Origin: Fibrobacteria bacterium
GTDB taxonomy: Bacteria; Fibrobacterota; Fibrobacteria; UBA5070
Assembly (NCBI GenBank): GCA_035604215.1
Contig: DATNIW010000073.1
Location: 348-64,347, forward strand
Reading direction: 5' to 3'
Length of the DNA: 64,000 bases
Below, in pieces: positions 27,195 to 36,400 of this stretch; positions within the stretch are counted from its first letter, which is position 1; every line of letters begins with the position of its first letter. Made by a program: the position numbers and the translations under genes. Below the pieces are notes generated by a model that did no database searches, had not been told where the DNA came from, and saw only the letters and a program-made list of their open reading frames with translations.

Positions 27195-27219
27195 CGCCTG
27201 CTCCTTTCCGGGGAAGTCG

Positions 27220-27936
27220 CTACTTCTTCGCGGTTCCCTCGAACTTGGCGCAGGCCAGGGCGATGTCGCCGGGACTGCGCGTGGACTTTCCGTCCAGGTA
27301 GAGCGAGGGCGTGCCCTGGACGCCCAGGCTCTCTCCCAGCCTCATGTCGCGTTCCACCGCCTCCTTGGCCGCGTTGGAACGCCTGTCGGCGTCGAACCGC
27401 GCCATGTCGAGGCCCAGCGACCTGGCGGAGGACGTGAGGACGGAATCCGTCAACGAGCGGAAGCTCGGCGTGGTCGCGAAGTAGTACTCCCACAGCTTCC
27501 CCTGGCGCCCCGCCGCCCAGAGCGCGAGATGGCCTTCCATCGACCTGTCGTGGATGGTGACCAGGGGAAAATGCCGGAACGAGATCCGGAGGGTCTTGGG
27601 ATGTTCCGCCTGGAGATTCTTCAGCACCGGGGCCATCTGGGCGCAGTAGGGGCACTGCAGGTCCGTGAACAGGACCACCGTCACCGGAGCCTTGGATTCC
27701 CCCAGGACGGCCGTGCCTTCCACGGGGATGTCGAAGGTGGAGTCCTGGAGGGCCACCGCGCGCCGGTCGCGGTCGATGTCCAGGCCTCGCAGGGCGAGGA
27801 CCTTCTCCAGCGTGCGCAACTCGGTGGAGAGGCTGTCGACCTTGGCTTCCAGCGCCGAAATCTGTCCCGATGGAGGCTGCGCGAAGGCCAGGGCCGCGCC
27901 CAGGGCCAAAATGGAAATGGATGTCCTGACCTGCAT
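27220..27936 (-). CDS. DsbA-family thiol:disulfide oxidoreductase (secreted)
   Basis: ATG at 27936 inside a longer ORF. It has a signal peptide 'ISILALGAALAFAQ', a coiled-coil segment, the thioredoxin active site 'LQCPYCAQ' and 'GVQGTPSLYL'. Confidence 0.78.
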   Translation of the reverse strand: MQVRTSISILALGAALAFAQPPSGQISALEAKVDSLSTELRTLEKVLALRGLDIDRDRRAVALQDSTFDIPVEGTAVLGESKAPVTVVLFTDLQCPYCAQMAPVLKNLQAEHPKTLRISFRHFPLVTIHDRSMEGHLALWAAGRQGKLWEYYFATTPSFRSLTDSVLTSSARSLGLDMARFDADRRSNAAKEAVERDMRLGESLGVQGTPSLYLDGKSTRSPGDIALACAKFEGTAKK

Positions 27937-28033
27937 GTTCGCCGTCCCGTCCGTTGAGGTGCTCGACGGACAAACTAGGATCCGTGCAGGTCCCGACGGA
28001 TGCCGGACCGTCGGATCGGCTAACTTTGGGTCC

Positions 28034-29755
28034 ATGCCGCATCTGCTTCCCACCCGGTTGGAACCGAAACTCCTCACCGTGCTCCGCGAGGGGTACTCCT
28101 GGGCGGACTTCCGCCGCGACGCGCTGGCGGGCATCATCGTCGGCATCGTGGCCCTCCCGTTGGCGATCGCGTTCGCCATCGCTTCCGGGGTGAAGCCGGA
28201 GCAGGGACTCTACACGGCCATCGTGGCGGGCTTCCTGGTCTCCGCCCTGGGCGGCACCAGGGTCCAGATCGGAGGCCCCACCGGCGCCTTCATCGTCATC
28301 GTGTACGGGATCGTCCAGAAGTACGGATACGACGGATTGGCCGTGGCCACGCTGTTGGCGGGGGTCATGCTGGTGGTCATGGGGCTTTTGCGCCTGGGAG
28401 GACTCGTCAAGTTCGTGCCGTTCCCCCTGACGGTGGGCTTCACCACGGGCATCGCGCTGATCATCGCCACCACCCAGTTCGGCGATCTGCTGGGCCTGAC
28501 CATCCCCGGCAAGATCCCCGCGCTGTTCCTGCCCAAGCTCGCGACCTTCGCCCACGCGCTTCCGACCACGAACCCCTGGGCGGTGGGAATCGCGGCGGTG
28601 GCATTGGCGTTCACGGTGCTTTGGCCCAAGGTCACCAAGAAGGTGCCCGGTTCGCTGATGGCCATCCTGGCGACCACCCTGCTGGTGCGGATCTTCCACC
28701 TGCCCGTGAGCACCATCCACTCCCGATTCGGCGACGTTCCCAGCCACCTGCCCTTCCCCCACATCCCGACGGTTCCCTTCGACAAGTTCGTCGAGCTGTT
28801 CAATCCCGCGGTCTCCATCGCCTTGCTCGCCGCCCTGGAATCCCTGCTCTCCGCCGTGGTCGCCGACGGCATGACCGGACGCCGCCACCGGTCGGACATG
28901 GAGATCGTGGCCCAAGGCGTGGCCAACATCGTTTCGCCGCTGTTCGGGGGAATTCCCGCCACGGGGGCCATCGCCCGCACAGCCACCAACATCAAGAACG
29001 GCGGCCGCACGCCCATGGCGGGCATGGTCCATGCCGCCACCTTGCTGGTGATCCTGATGGTCGCCGGACGCTGGGCCGGGCTCATCCCCATGCCGGCCCT
29101 GGGAGCCATCCTCCTGGTGGTCGCCTACAACATGTCGGAATGGAGACTCTTCCTCAAGCTGTTCCGGGCGCCCAAAGGCGATGTGCTGGTGCTCCTGACC
29201 AGTTTCCTGCTCACGGTGCTCATCGACCTCACCGTGGCCATCGAGGTCGGGTTCGTGCTGTCCACGGCGCTGTTCATGAAGCGCATGGCGGAAGTGACGG
29301 AGATCCGCGACATCACGCAGACCATGGCCGAAGGCGAGGACCCGGACGACCCCGGATCCATTTCCCGCAGGTCCATCCCCAAAGGTGTGGAGGTGTTCGA
29401 GATCCAAGGATCCTTCTTCTTCGGGGCCGCGGAGAAATTCAAATCCGCGCTCCAGGAGGCGTCGCGGATGCCGCAGGTTCTCATCCTGCGGATGCGGGGC
29501 ATGCTTTCCCTGGACGCCACCGGGCTGCGGGCCATCGAGGAAGTCCACGCCCGCGCCCGCCGGGAAGGATGGGCCCTGATCCTGTCGGGGGTCCATGCCC
29601 AACCCATGACCGCATTGGTGCGATCGGGGCTCGCCGACCAGATCGGCGAGGAAAACCTGTGCGGGGACATCGACGAGGCCCTGGTCCGGGCGACCCTGCT
29701 CCAGTCCTCCCGCCGGGACAAGAAAACCGCGGCGCAGAAGGTCCTGGGCGGCTAA
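28034..29755 (+). CDS. SulP-family anion (sulfate/bicarbonate) permease with C-terminal STAS domain
   Basis: It has 'DALAGIIVGIVALPLAIAFAIASGV' and many TM helices. 'ARTATNIKNGGRTPMAG' is a SulP signature region. A STAS-like tail follows: 'VEVFEIQGSFFFGAAEKF...LILRMRGMLSLDATGL'. Confidence 0.88.
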   Translation: MPHLLPTRLEPKLLTVLREGYSWADFRRDALAGIIVGIVALPLAIAFAIASGVKPEQGLYTAIVAGFLVSALGGTRVQIGGPTGAFIVIVYGIVQKYGYDGLAVATLLAGVMLVVMGLLRLGGLVKFVPFPLTVGFTTGIALIIATTQFGDLLGLTIPGKIPALFLPKLATFAHALPTTNPWAVGIAAVALAFTVLWPKVTKKVPGSLMAILATTLLVRIFHLPVSTIHSRFGDVPSHLPFPHIPTVPFDKFVELFNPAVSIALLAALESLLSAVVADGMTGRRHRSDMEIVAQGVANIVSPLFGGIPATGAIARTATNIKNGGRTPMAGMVHAATLLVILMVAGRWAGLIPMPALGAILLVVAYNMSEWRLFLKLFRAPKGDVLVLLTSFLLTVLIDLTVAIEVGFVLSTALFMKRMAEVTEIRDITQTMAEGEDPDDPGSISRRSIPKGVEVFEIQGSFFFGAAEKFKSALQEASRMPQVLILRMRGMLSLDATGLRAIEEVHARARREGWALILSGVHAQPMTALVRSGLADQIGEENLCGDIDEALVRATLLQSSRRDKKTAAQKVLGG

Positions 29756-29768
29756 TATTTCGGCCCAT

Positions 29769-30173
29769 ATGAGGAATCTTCTCCTGTGGACGGTCGCTCC
29801 GACCCTGGTGTTGCTGGGATGCGCAGGATCGGCGCCGAGGGACGGTTCCGAGGGCTCGGAAATCCTGGACAGGGCGGCGAGGCGCGTGGCCGAACGCTAC
29901 CGGGACCAGTGCTTCGAGCCCGTGGCCAAGCGGGAGGTCCCCGACGACATGTGCCAGTTCGATCTCTTCGACAAGGCGGAACGGGAGTGGGGTACCGGGT
30001 TCGGCGTCACCGAACTGAAGGTCTCCGCGAACAAGATGCTGGGGATCGAGATCGAAAAGGAACTCTACAAGCTCCTGGTGTACGACCAGGCATCGCAGCG
30101 GTACGTGGCCTCCAGCACCCGGACCCGATACGAGATCATCGCCGCCCTCAAGGACAAGTACCGGATACGGTGA
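29769..30173 (+). CDS. Small lipoprotein of unknown function
   Basis: 134 aa with the lipobox 'LVLLGCAG'. It lies 5 nt upstream of the next gene. I recognise no family. Confidence 0.55.
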   Translation: MRNLLLWTVAPTLVLLGCAGSAPRDGSEGSEILDRAARRVAERYRDQCFEPVAKREVPDDMCQFDLFDKAEREWGTGFGVTELKVSANKMLGIEIEKELYKLLVYDQASQRYVASSTRTRYEIIAALKDKYRIR

Positions 30174-30177
30174 CATC

Positions 30178-32046
30178 ATGAAACAATCCAAGGCGCTCCA
30201 CGGTGTTCTTCGGATCCTGCTCCTGTTCTTCTCCCTGGTGGGGACGGCGGGTGGGGGAATCTATTGGTTCGCCTTCCGTGAGCAGGAAACCGATTGGCGG
30301 GTTTTCGCCGTCGGGCTCCTCCTGTCGATGGTGTTGGGTTGGTGGCCTTGGATCTCGTTCGCCACCGGAGCCGTCCTGGCCCTGGCCGCGGCCTTGGTGG
30401 GCCCGGACCAGATGCGACTGCAGGTGGCGGGAGAAATCCTGGGATTCTGGGTTCTCGGCCTGGGTTGGGGCACATTGGCCCGTTGGCAGTTCCATTTCGT
30501 GCCGGCGCCCGATCCCCGTTCCAGACACCCATCGGCGCCACCGACGGCCAATCGATCGATGTCGACCAGGGCCGCGGACGCCGATGCCTTCCGACCGCGC
30601 CGCCTCATGGAAGGGGATGCCGAGGAACCTGGCCGCCAGGAACCACCCTCTCCTGCACAATCGCCAACCCTCTCCGACCCCGGAAGGACCCCGATATCGG
30701 AGGAGGCTCCTATACCGCTTCCGCTGCCCTCCCTCGAGGGTTTGCAGTTCTCCGCGCCTCCAATGCCGAGGGCCGAACTTCCAAAGCCCCCTCCTCGTCC
30801 ACCGGCCACACCCTCGCTCGCCGAATACGGCGGGGAGTCGCTCTATCTGGGAAGCCTTCCGGACATCTCCCGTGCCGGGTCGGCGATGGGGGAGTCCACC
30901 CATCCCGCCATCCCCGCATTTCCCGAGCGTAGCGCGCCGATCCCGGCACCACCCTCGTCGGGAGCCATTCCACCTCGCCTGACCGAGGAATCCAGCGTGT
31001 TCATCGCACCGGAATACCCCACCATGGAGCTTCCGGTGAACAGCCTTCTGCGCCCTCCGCAACCGCGGAGCACCAAGTCGCCCCCGTCCTCCGCGGGTCC
31101 GATCTCGGCTTCGGGCCCGGCCTCGGCTTCGAGCGAGTCCTCCGGAGACGGCCAGGGTTCCCGGCGTTCTTCCGTTTTCCAACGACCCGAAACCACTCCC
31201 GGGGCCAGTTGGGAACACGTTCTGGAGTGGTACAACCAGTTTTCCTGGTCGCCTTGGCCGGTGGAGGAACTGGAACGCAGGTATTACCGGCCCGGGATCC
31301 AGGTGGGTTGGGAAAGCCTCGCCCTCCAGGATCTCGCCGCCGCCTGGAAGGTCTGGCGCCGCGGTTGCAGTCCGCTCGAACTGGAGCCGGGCCAGATCGA
31401 CGTGCGAGCCCTCGAGGGGTTCCTGCGATGCGAGCAGCTCGGCGTCCTGCGTCACCAGGGGTTTCCCGATCTCCACATCCTTTCGCGCGCCGATGGCAAC
31501 GACGGATGGCTGGCCGTCTACCGCGAGGTCCGGGGTCGGATGAGGGGTGGGGAAGCGACCATCCACCGGGTGGATGTTGGAACGCCGCTGGTGGACGCCG
31601 AGACCGGTCTGGTCGGGCGCCCGGACCGGCTCGCCGAGATCCGAGGCGAAAGCGACGTCGTCGCGCTGGTCACGCCGTTTTCCGTCAACGAAGGCCTGAA
31701 CTGGACCACGGTCTACGCCCTGGCCCAGTACCGCTTGGCCCATTCGCTGGAGCACGTCCTGTCCGGCACGCCCGTGGTGGTGAACCTGCCCCTGCCCATC
31801 TGGGACGAGAGGAAGCAGAGCCGACTGGCCACGGTCGACGACATCGGGTCGGAACAGAGGCGGCTGGACGTGGCCCTGGAGCGGTTCCGACGGGTTTTGT
31901 CGGGCCAGGCGTCCCCCAGGGCGCAGACCCACGCCGGGACCTGCTCCGGATGCGGCTGGCGCCACGCCTGCCCCAGCTACCAGGGAACGCGGCCCCGCCT
32001 GGAGCTTTCCGATCCGCCACCCCAGATCGCGGCGGCTTTGCGATGA
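30178..32046 (+). CDS. Membrane protein with a Pro-rich linker and a C-terminal Cas4/AddB-like (PD-(D/E)XK, Cys4 Fe-S) domain
   Basis: 622 aa. About 4 hydrophobic helices lie in residues 10-110. A ~230-aa P/S/A-rich low-complexity segment follows. The C-terminal ~270 aa has an upstream Cys ('FLRCEQ'), 'GRPDRL', 'ALAQYRLA' and a terminal C-x2-C-x5-C ('CSGCGWRHAC', nt 31942-31971). Confidence 0.5.
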   Translation: MKQSKALHGVLRILLLFFSLVGTAGGGIYWFAFREQETDWRVFAVGLLLSMVLGWWPWISFATGAVLALAAALVGPDQMRLQVAGEILGFWVLGLGWGTLARWQFHFVPAPDPRSRHPSAPPTANRSMSTRAADADAFRPRRLMEGDAEEPGRQEPPSPAQSPTLSDPGRTPISEEAPIPLPLPSLEGLQFSAPPMPRAELPKPPPRPPATPSLAEYGGESLYLGSLPDISRAGSAMGESTHPAIPAFPERSAPIPAPPSSGAIPPRLTEESSVFIAPEYPTMELPVNSLLRPPQPRSTKSPPSSAGPISASGPASASSESSGDGQGSRRSSVFQRPETTPGASWEHVLEWYNQFSWSPWPVEELERRYYRPGIQVGWESLALQDLAAAWKVWRRGCSPLELEPGQIDVRALEGFLRCEQLGVLRHQGFPDLHILSRADGNDGWLAVYREVRGRMRGGEATIHRVDVGTPLVDAETGLVGRPDRLAEIRGESDVVALVTPFSVNEGLNWTTVYALAQYRLAHSLEHVLSGTPVVVNLPLPIWDERKQSRLATVDDIGSEQRRLDVALERFRRVLSGQASPRAQTHAGTCSGCGWRHACPSYQGTRPRLELSDPPPQIAAALR

Positions 32047-33305
32047 TCGGGACGCCCATCCAGCCGGCCAACGATCCGAGCCGCTTCCTGGACGAGGAGG
32101 CCGTCGAAGCGGTGTACCGGGTCCTGTCACCCCAGTGCGAACTGGTCGTGGTGGAGATGGGTCGCCTGCTGCAGCGCGCCGCCGAGAATCGAGTGCCCGC
32201 CGTGCAGGTCAAGGGCAGGGTCAAGAGGCTCCCGAGCCTCCTGGAGAAGCTCCAGAGGAAATTCAGCCCCCAGGACCTGGTGGAGCCCCTGCCGGCCATG
32301 CGACGCCTCGCCGATCTCATGGCCTTGCGGGCGGTCTGTCCCTTCCTGGAAGACGTCGATCTCGTGGTGGACGCCGCCCGGTCGGTCTTCGAGATCCAGG
32401 AAACGGAGCAGAAGGGAGAAGGGCGCTCCTTCGCGGAATTCGGCTACGCGAGCACCCATCTGCAGGTCAGCCTCCCCTACCAGCTGCAGCAGGAATATCC
32501 CACCCTGTCCGAGTTCCGCGTGGAAATTCAGGTGCGCACCATCCTCCAGGACGCCTGGGCGGAGGTGGAACACGAACTGATCTACAAGGTGGGGGCCCAC
32601 CCCCTCAACCAGCAGATCCGTCGGAAATTGGCCGCCTTGAACGCGAATCTCGTCCTTTCCGACACCATCTTCCAGGAGATCCGCGACTACCAGAAGTCCA
32701 ACATCTCCGACCTGGCCAGGGCCAGGGAAAACCACCTGGAGCAGGCCACGGGCGAACACGCCCTCTACACCGCTCCCGGGGAGAACGCCCCCCGGCCTCG
32801 CCGGACCTCGCAGGGGGAGGTGGAAAAGCTCCTGAAAAAGGGGCTCAACGCCCAGATCGCCGGGGAGATGGAGGACGCGGTGCGGATCTACACCACCCTC
32901 CTGGAAAACCCCCTGGACAACTTCACCCTGTCCGTGGTCCTGAACCACAGGGGCATGGCGAACGAATCGCTGGAACAGAACGCCGATGCCGTCCAGGACT
33001 TCCTGCGCGCCCGGGAGGCGGATTCCCGCAACGCCCGCGCCCGGATCAACTTGGCTCTCGCCTGGCGACGACAGGGACGTCTGGAAGAAGCGGAGGCGGA
33101 ATTCCTGGACGTCCTCTCCTTCAAGGCCAACAGCGCCCACGCCCACTACGGGTTGGGACTGGTCCAGTCCGACCGAGGTGAGGTCCCGGAGGCCATCCTC
33201 TCCTGCGAACGCGCCTTGAAGCTCAGCCACAGTTTCACTTTGGCACAGCAGCTGTTGGACGAACTGCTGGAACACACGCGCCGGGAAGCGGGCGGAGGGT
33301 CCTGA
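32043..33305 (+). CDS. RelA/SpoT-domain small alarmone synthetase fused to C-terminal TPR repeats
   Basis: ATGA overlap with the upstream gene. Synthetase motifs seen: 'VKGRVKRLPSLLEKL', 'DLMALRAV', 'FGYASTHLQV', 'EIQVRTILQDAWAEVEHELIYK'. There is no HD hydrolase domain. The C-terminal ~150 aa is TPR-like ('...ALAWRRQGRLEEAEAEF...AHAHYGLGLVQSDRGEVPEAI'). Confidence 0.8.
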   Translation: MIGTPIQPANDPSRFLDEEAVEAVYRVLSPQCELVVVEMGRLLQRAAENRVPAVQVKGRVKRLPSLLEKLQRKFSPQDLVEPLPAMRRLADLMALRAVCPFLEDVDLVVDAARSVFEIQETEQKGEGRSFAEFGYASTHLQVSLPYQLQQEYPTLSEFRVEIQVRTILQDAWAEVEHELIYKVGAHPLNQQIRRKLAALNANLVLSDTIFQEIRDYQKSNISDLARARENHLEQATGEHALYTAPGENAPRPRRTSQGEVEKLLKKGLNAQIAGEMEDAVRIYTTLLENPLDNFTLSVVLNHRGMANESLEQNADAVQDFLRAREADSRNARARINLALAWRRQGRLEEAEAEFLDVLSFKANSAHAHYGLGLVQSDRGEVPEAILSCERALKLSHSFTLAQQLLDELLEHTRREAGGGS

Positions 33306-33467
33306 CTCGGAAATCTTGGGCTCCCGAACGTACTCCGAACGCGACCGGCGTCCAAAGTTTCCCGTGGATCGCGGGCCTAGGGAAGAACGTAAGGCGGTAA
33401 ACTGAGGATCGGAGTACTCTGGATCAGTCCGTCGAGATCCCTTCCAGGCCGGTAAACGGAGTTCATC

Positions 33468-36400
33468 GTGAAATTTGCCCTCAGCGCGACATTTTTGATA
33501 TCCCTCGCTGGACCCTCGATGGTCCAGGCGGCTGACCCCGTACCCTACGACTCCATCGCCAATCCGTTGAGCGAACTTCCGACGACGGTGACCAACATCC
33601 AGCAGATGGGGGACACCATGAACCGGGTCCCCGGCAGGGTGCGTGTCAACCAGGCCGGGTACCGGTTGGCGGACATCCAGAAGGGGTGGGGTCGGATCTA
33701 CTACGTGGATGCCGGGAGTGCGAAAAGCTTCACCGTCATCAATGGTTCGAACGTCGCTGTCGCCACGGGCCCGTTGACCTCCAGGGGACAGAGAGTCCAA
33801 GGGCGAGTGATCCCGTTCGCCTACTACAACGCCGCCACCCCCACCCGAATCAGCCTTCCCGGCTACAACAACGCCACGGGGATGGCCGGTTCCAGAGCTA
33901 CCGCGGGAACCCTCGACCAAGGATTCCTGCCCACGACCCTCCCCTGGGGACGGTACCGCGTGGTCGTGGGTACGGACACGTCGGAGCCGTTCATCGTCAG
34001 CGACAACGTGTACGGGATGGCCCGTGACGCCGCCATCAAGTTCTTCGGGGTGGCGCGCAGCGGCGAATACCAATCTTGGTTCCATCCCGCCTCCCACATG
34101 TGGGACGGCTGGCTCTACGACAGCGCTGCCAAGAACCCTGACGGCACATACAAATACAAGGGAGCCCTGACAGGAGGGTGGTACGACTGCGGCAACCATT
34201 TGAAGGAAAGCCGGACCATGAGCTATTCGCTCGCGGCTTTGGGAATGCTGGCTGCGACGATGCACGACAAGGACGTGGACCACTACGCCTTGAACCAAGC
34301 CTACACCCAACAGACGGATGGAATTCCGGATGTCCTCCGCGAGGCGTGGGTGGGTAGCCAGTTCGCTTTGAAGTCCTTCCGCTTGGCCCAGGGAAACACC
34401 GCCAACATGTACCTGTCCGTGGGGAATCCACCGGGAGGACCTGGACCGAACCAGGGTGTGGATTTCCTGTGGTGGGGTAGGCCGGAGAATCAGGACCAGG
34501 TGACCGACATCAATCGCGGGGGCGCGAACGAGCGCAACGTGGTCAAGAATTGGGGAACCCCATCCATGGCCGACTGGGCGGCGGGATTGGCCTTCGTATC
34601 CCGAATGTACCGACCCTACGATCCGAGCTTCTCCGACACCGCCCTGATCATGGCCAAGGCGATGTACGCGCAAGCCAAGAAGACGAACGCGGCGGAAGGG
34701 GGCAGCGACTACGATGGCGAGACCATCGTCATCGACGATCTCGCGCTGGCGGCGGTCGCGCTGCTTTGGGCGACGCACGACGTCACCTATCTGAACGATG
34801 TGGCCTACACGCCGGGAATGGTCAACGGACTGGGAGGCACTTGCGCCGCCTCCAACGCGGGGACCGCCACGAACCGGTTCAACGGGGGATATTTCGGCTG
34901 CGGAAGCAACGGAATCATCAAGAACAGTGGAACTTCCTGGGCGAACATCGAGAGCTTTTCCCTCTATTCCATGATCAAGCTGATTCTGGTGGATCCGGAT
35001 ACCGCGCAAAATTACGGGATCGCCCCCGCCCAGCGCGACACGCTGCTTCTCCGGTGTCTGAACAACCTGATCGGTACCGAATTGTCCGGAGCCGGAAAGA
35101 CGTTCACGCTGCCGATCGGCGGATATTCTCCTGCGATGGTTTCCTATGACAGCCTTTGGTACAACATGAACTACGGATCTGGTGTTCCCGGCTGGTTCAA
35201 CAAATACGAGTTTGGCCATTTCGCGGATCTCTACATGTATTGGGACGCCACGTCCATCGTCGATCAAAAGCCGTTGTTGAATGTTCCCGCGACGCCCGGC
35301 TATTGGATGCGCGACACCGTTCAACATCTCATCGTGGACGGCATGGATTACATGTTCGGGATGAATGCCATGGACCTGTCCTACCTCATGGGCGTCGGGC
35401 ACAAGAATCCCAACCACCCCCACCATCGAGCTGCAAATCCCGAGGGCAAGAATGTTCCCGGGGCATACTACAACTACAGCATTCCCGTGGGCGGACTTTG
35501 GGGAGGGCCGGCCTATTCGGACACCGTCGTGAAGGACCTCTGGGAAAACCAGGTGTCGGTTTCCGAGGCGAACTGTCCGGATGCATCCGCGGCAGTGATG
35601 ATTCCGTTGATGGGCTTGTCCAGAGCGGAACCCGTTGTGGCTCCTGTGCCCACGGTCTCCGTATTGAGCTCCTCCGACACCTCCGCCGTGATCCAGGTGA
35701 ATCTCGACAAGTACGGCTTCGTCAAAATCGGATACGGCACCGATTCGAGCGGCAGCGGACAGATGACCTACGTGAACAGCACGGACAGCGGGGTGACGCT
35801 CAGAGTCACCCTCAACAAACTGACCCCGGGGACCAAGTACTACTTCTCCGTGACCGCGAGCGACGTGGAGGGAGACCAGACCTTCTCCCACGCTTGGGTG
35901 CAGTCGAATGGTGATTCGATCCCCTACAACTTCACCACGCTCTCCAGCGTTGCGAGCAATCCGAGCTATTCGAACATCAAGGTGTGCAACGTCACGGCTG
36001 ATTCCGCCGAGGTGATGTGGGTCACGCCCAATGGGACCTTCCCGTCGGCCGTCGCCTTCGACGACAGCGCGGATTGGGTGGCGGGAAAACGCATCGAGGT
36101 GGACACCGACGAAACGGGTCCGATCTCCGTCGAATTCCACAGGGTGCTTTTGACAGGACTCAAGGAACAAACCACGTACTACTTCCAGGTCGGCGTCCCG
36201 GGAAGCTTCGGCTCCGTGGTGGGTTGCTTCCGCACTCCGGTCGAGGATGTGAAATTCGATATCCGGGCCAGTCGCTACAACTGGCCGGAGGGGCCGGACA
36301 ACACCTACACGGGGTCCTCGGGTTCCGTCATGCGTGCGCTCAGCCTTGGGGTCACCAACCAGGACAGCAAGTCCTACGATTCCCTCATGCTTCGCATCTA

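Noticed and set aside
30178-32046. The Cas4-like domain as evidence of a CRISPR-Cas locus.
   Set aside because: No cas1, cas2 or effector genes and no repeat-spacer array occur anywhere in the 64 kb. The only tandem repeats are coding (645-nt units in the GH9 gene). I treat the protein as a stand-alone PD-(D/E)XK/Fe-S domain protein.
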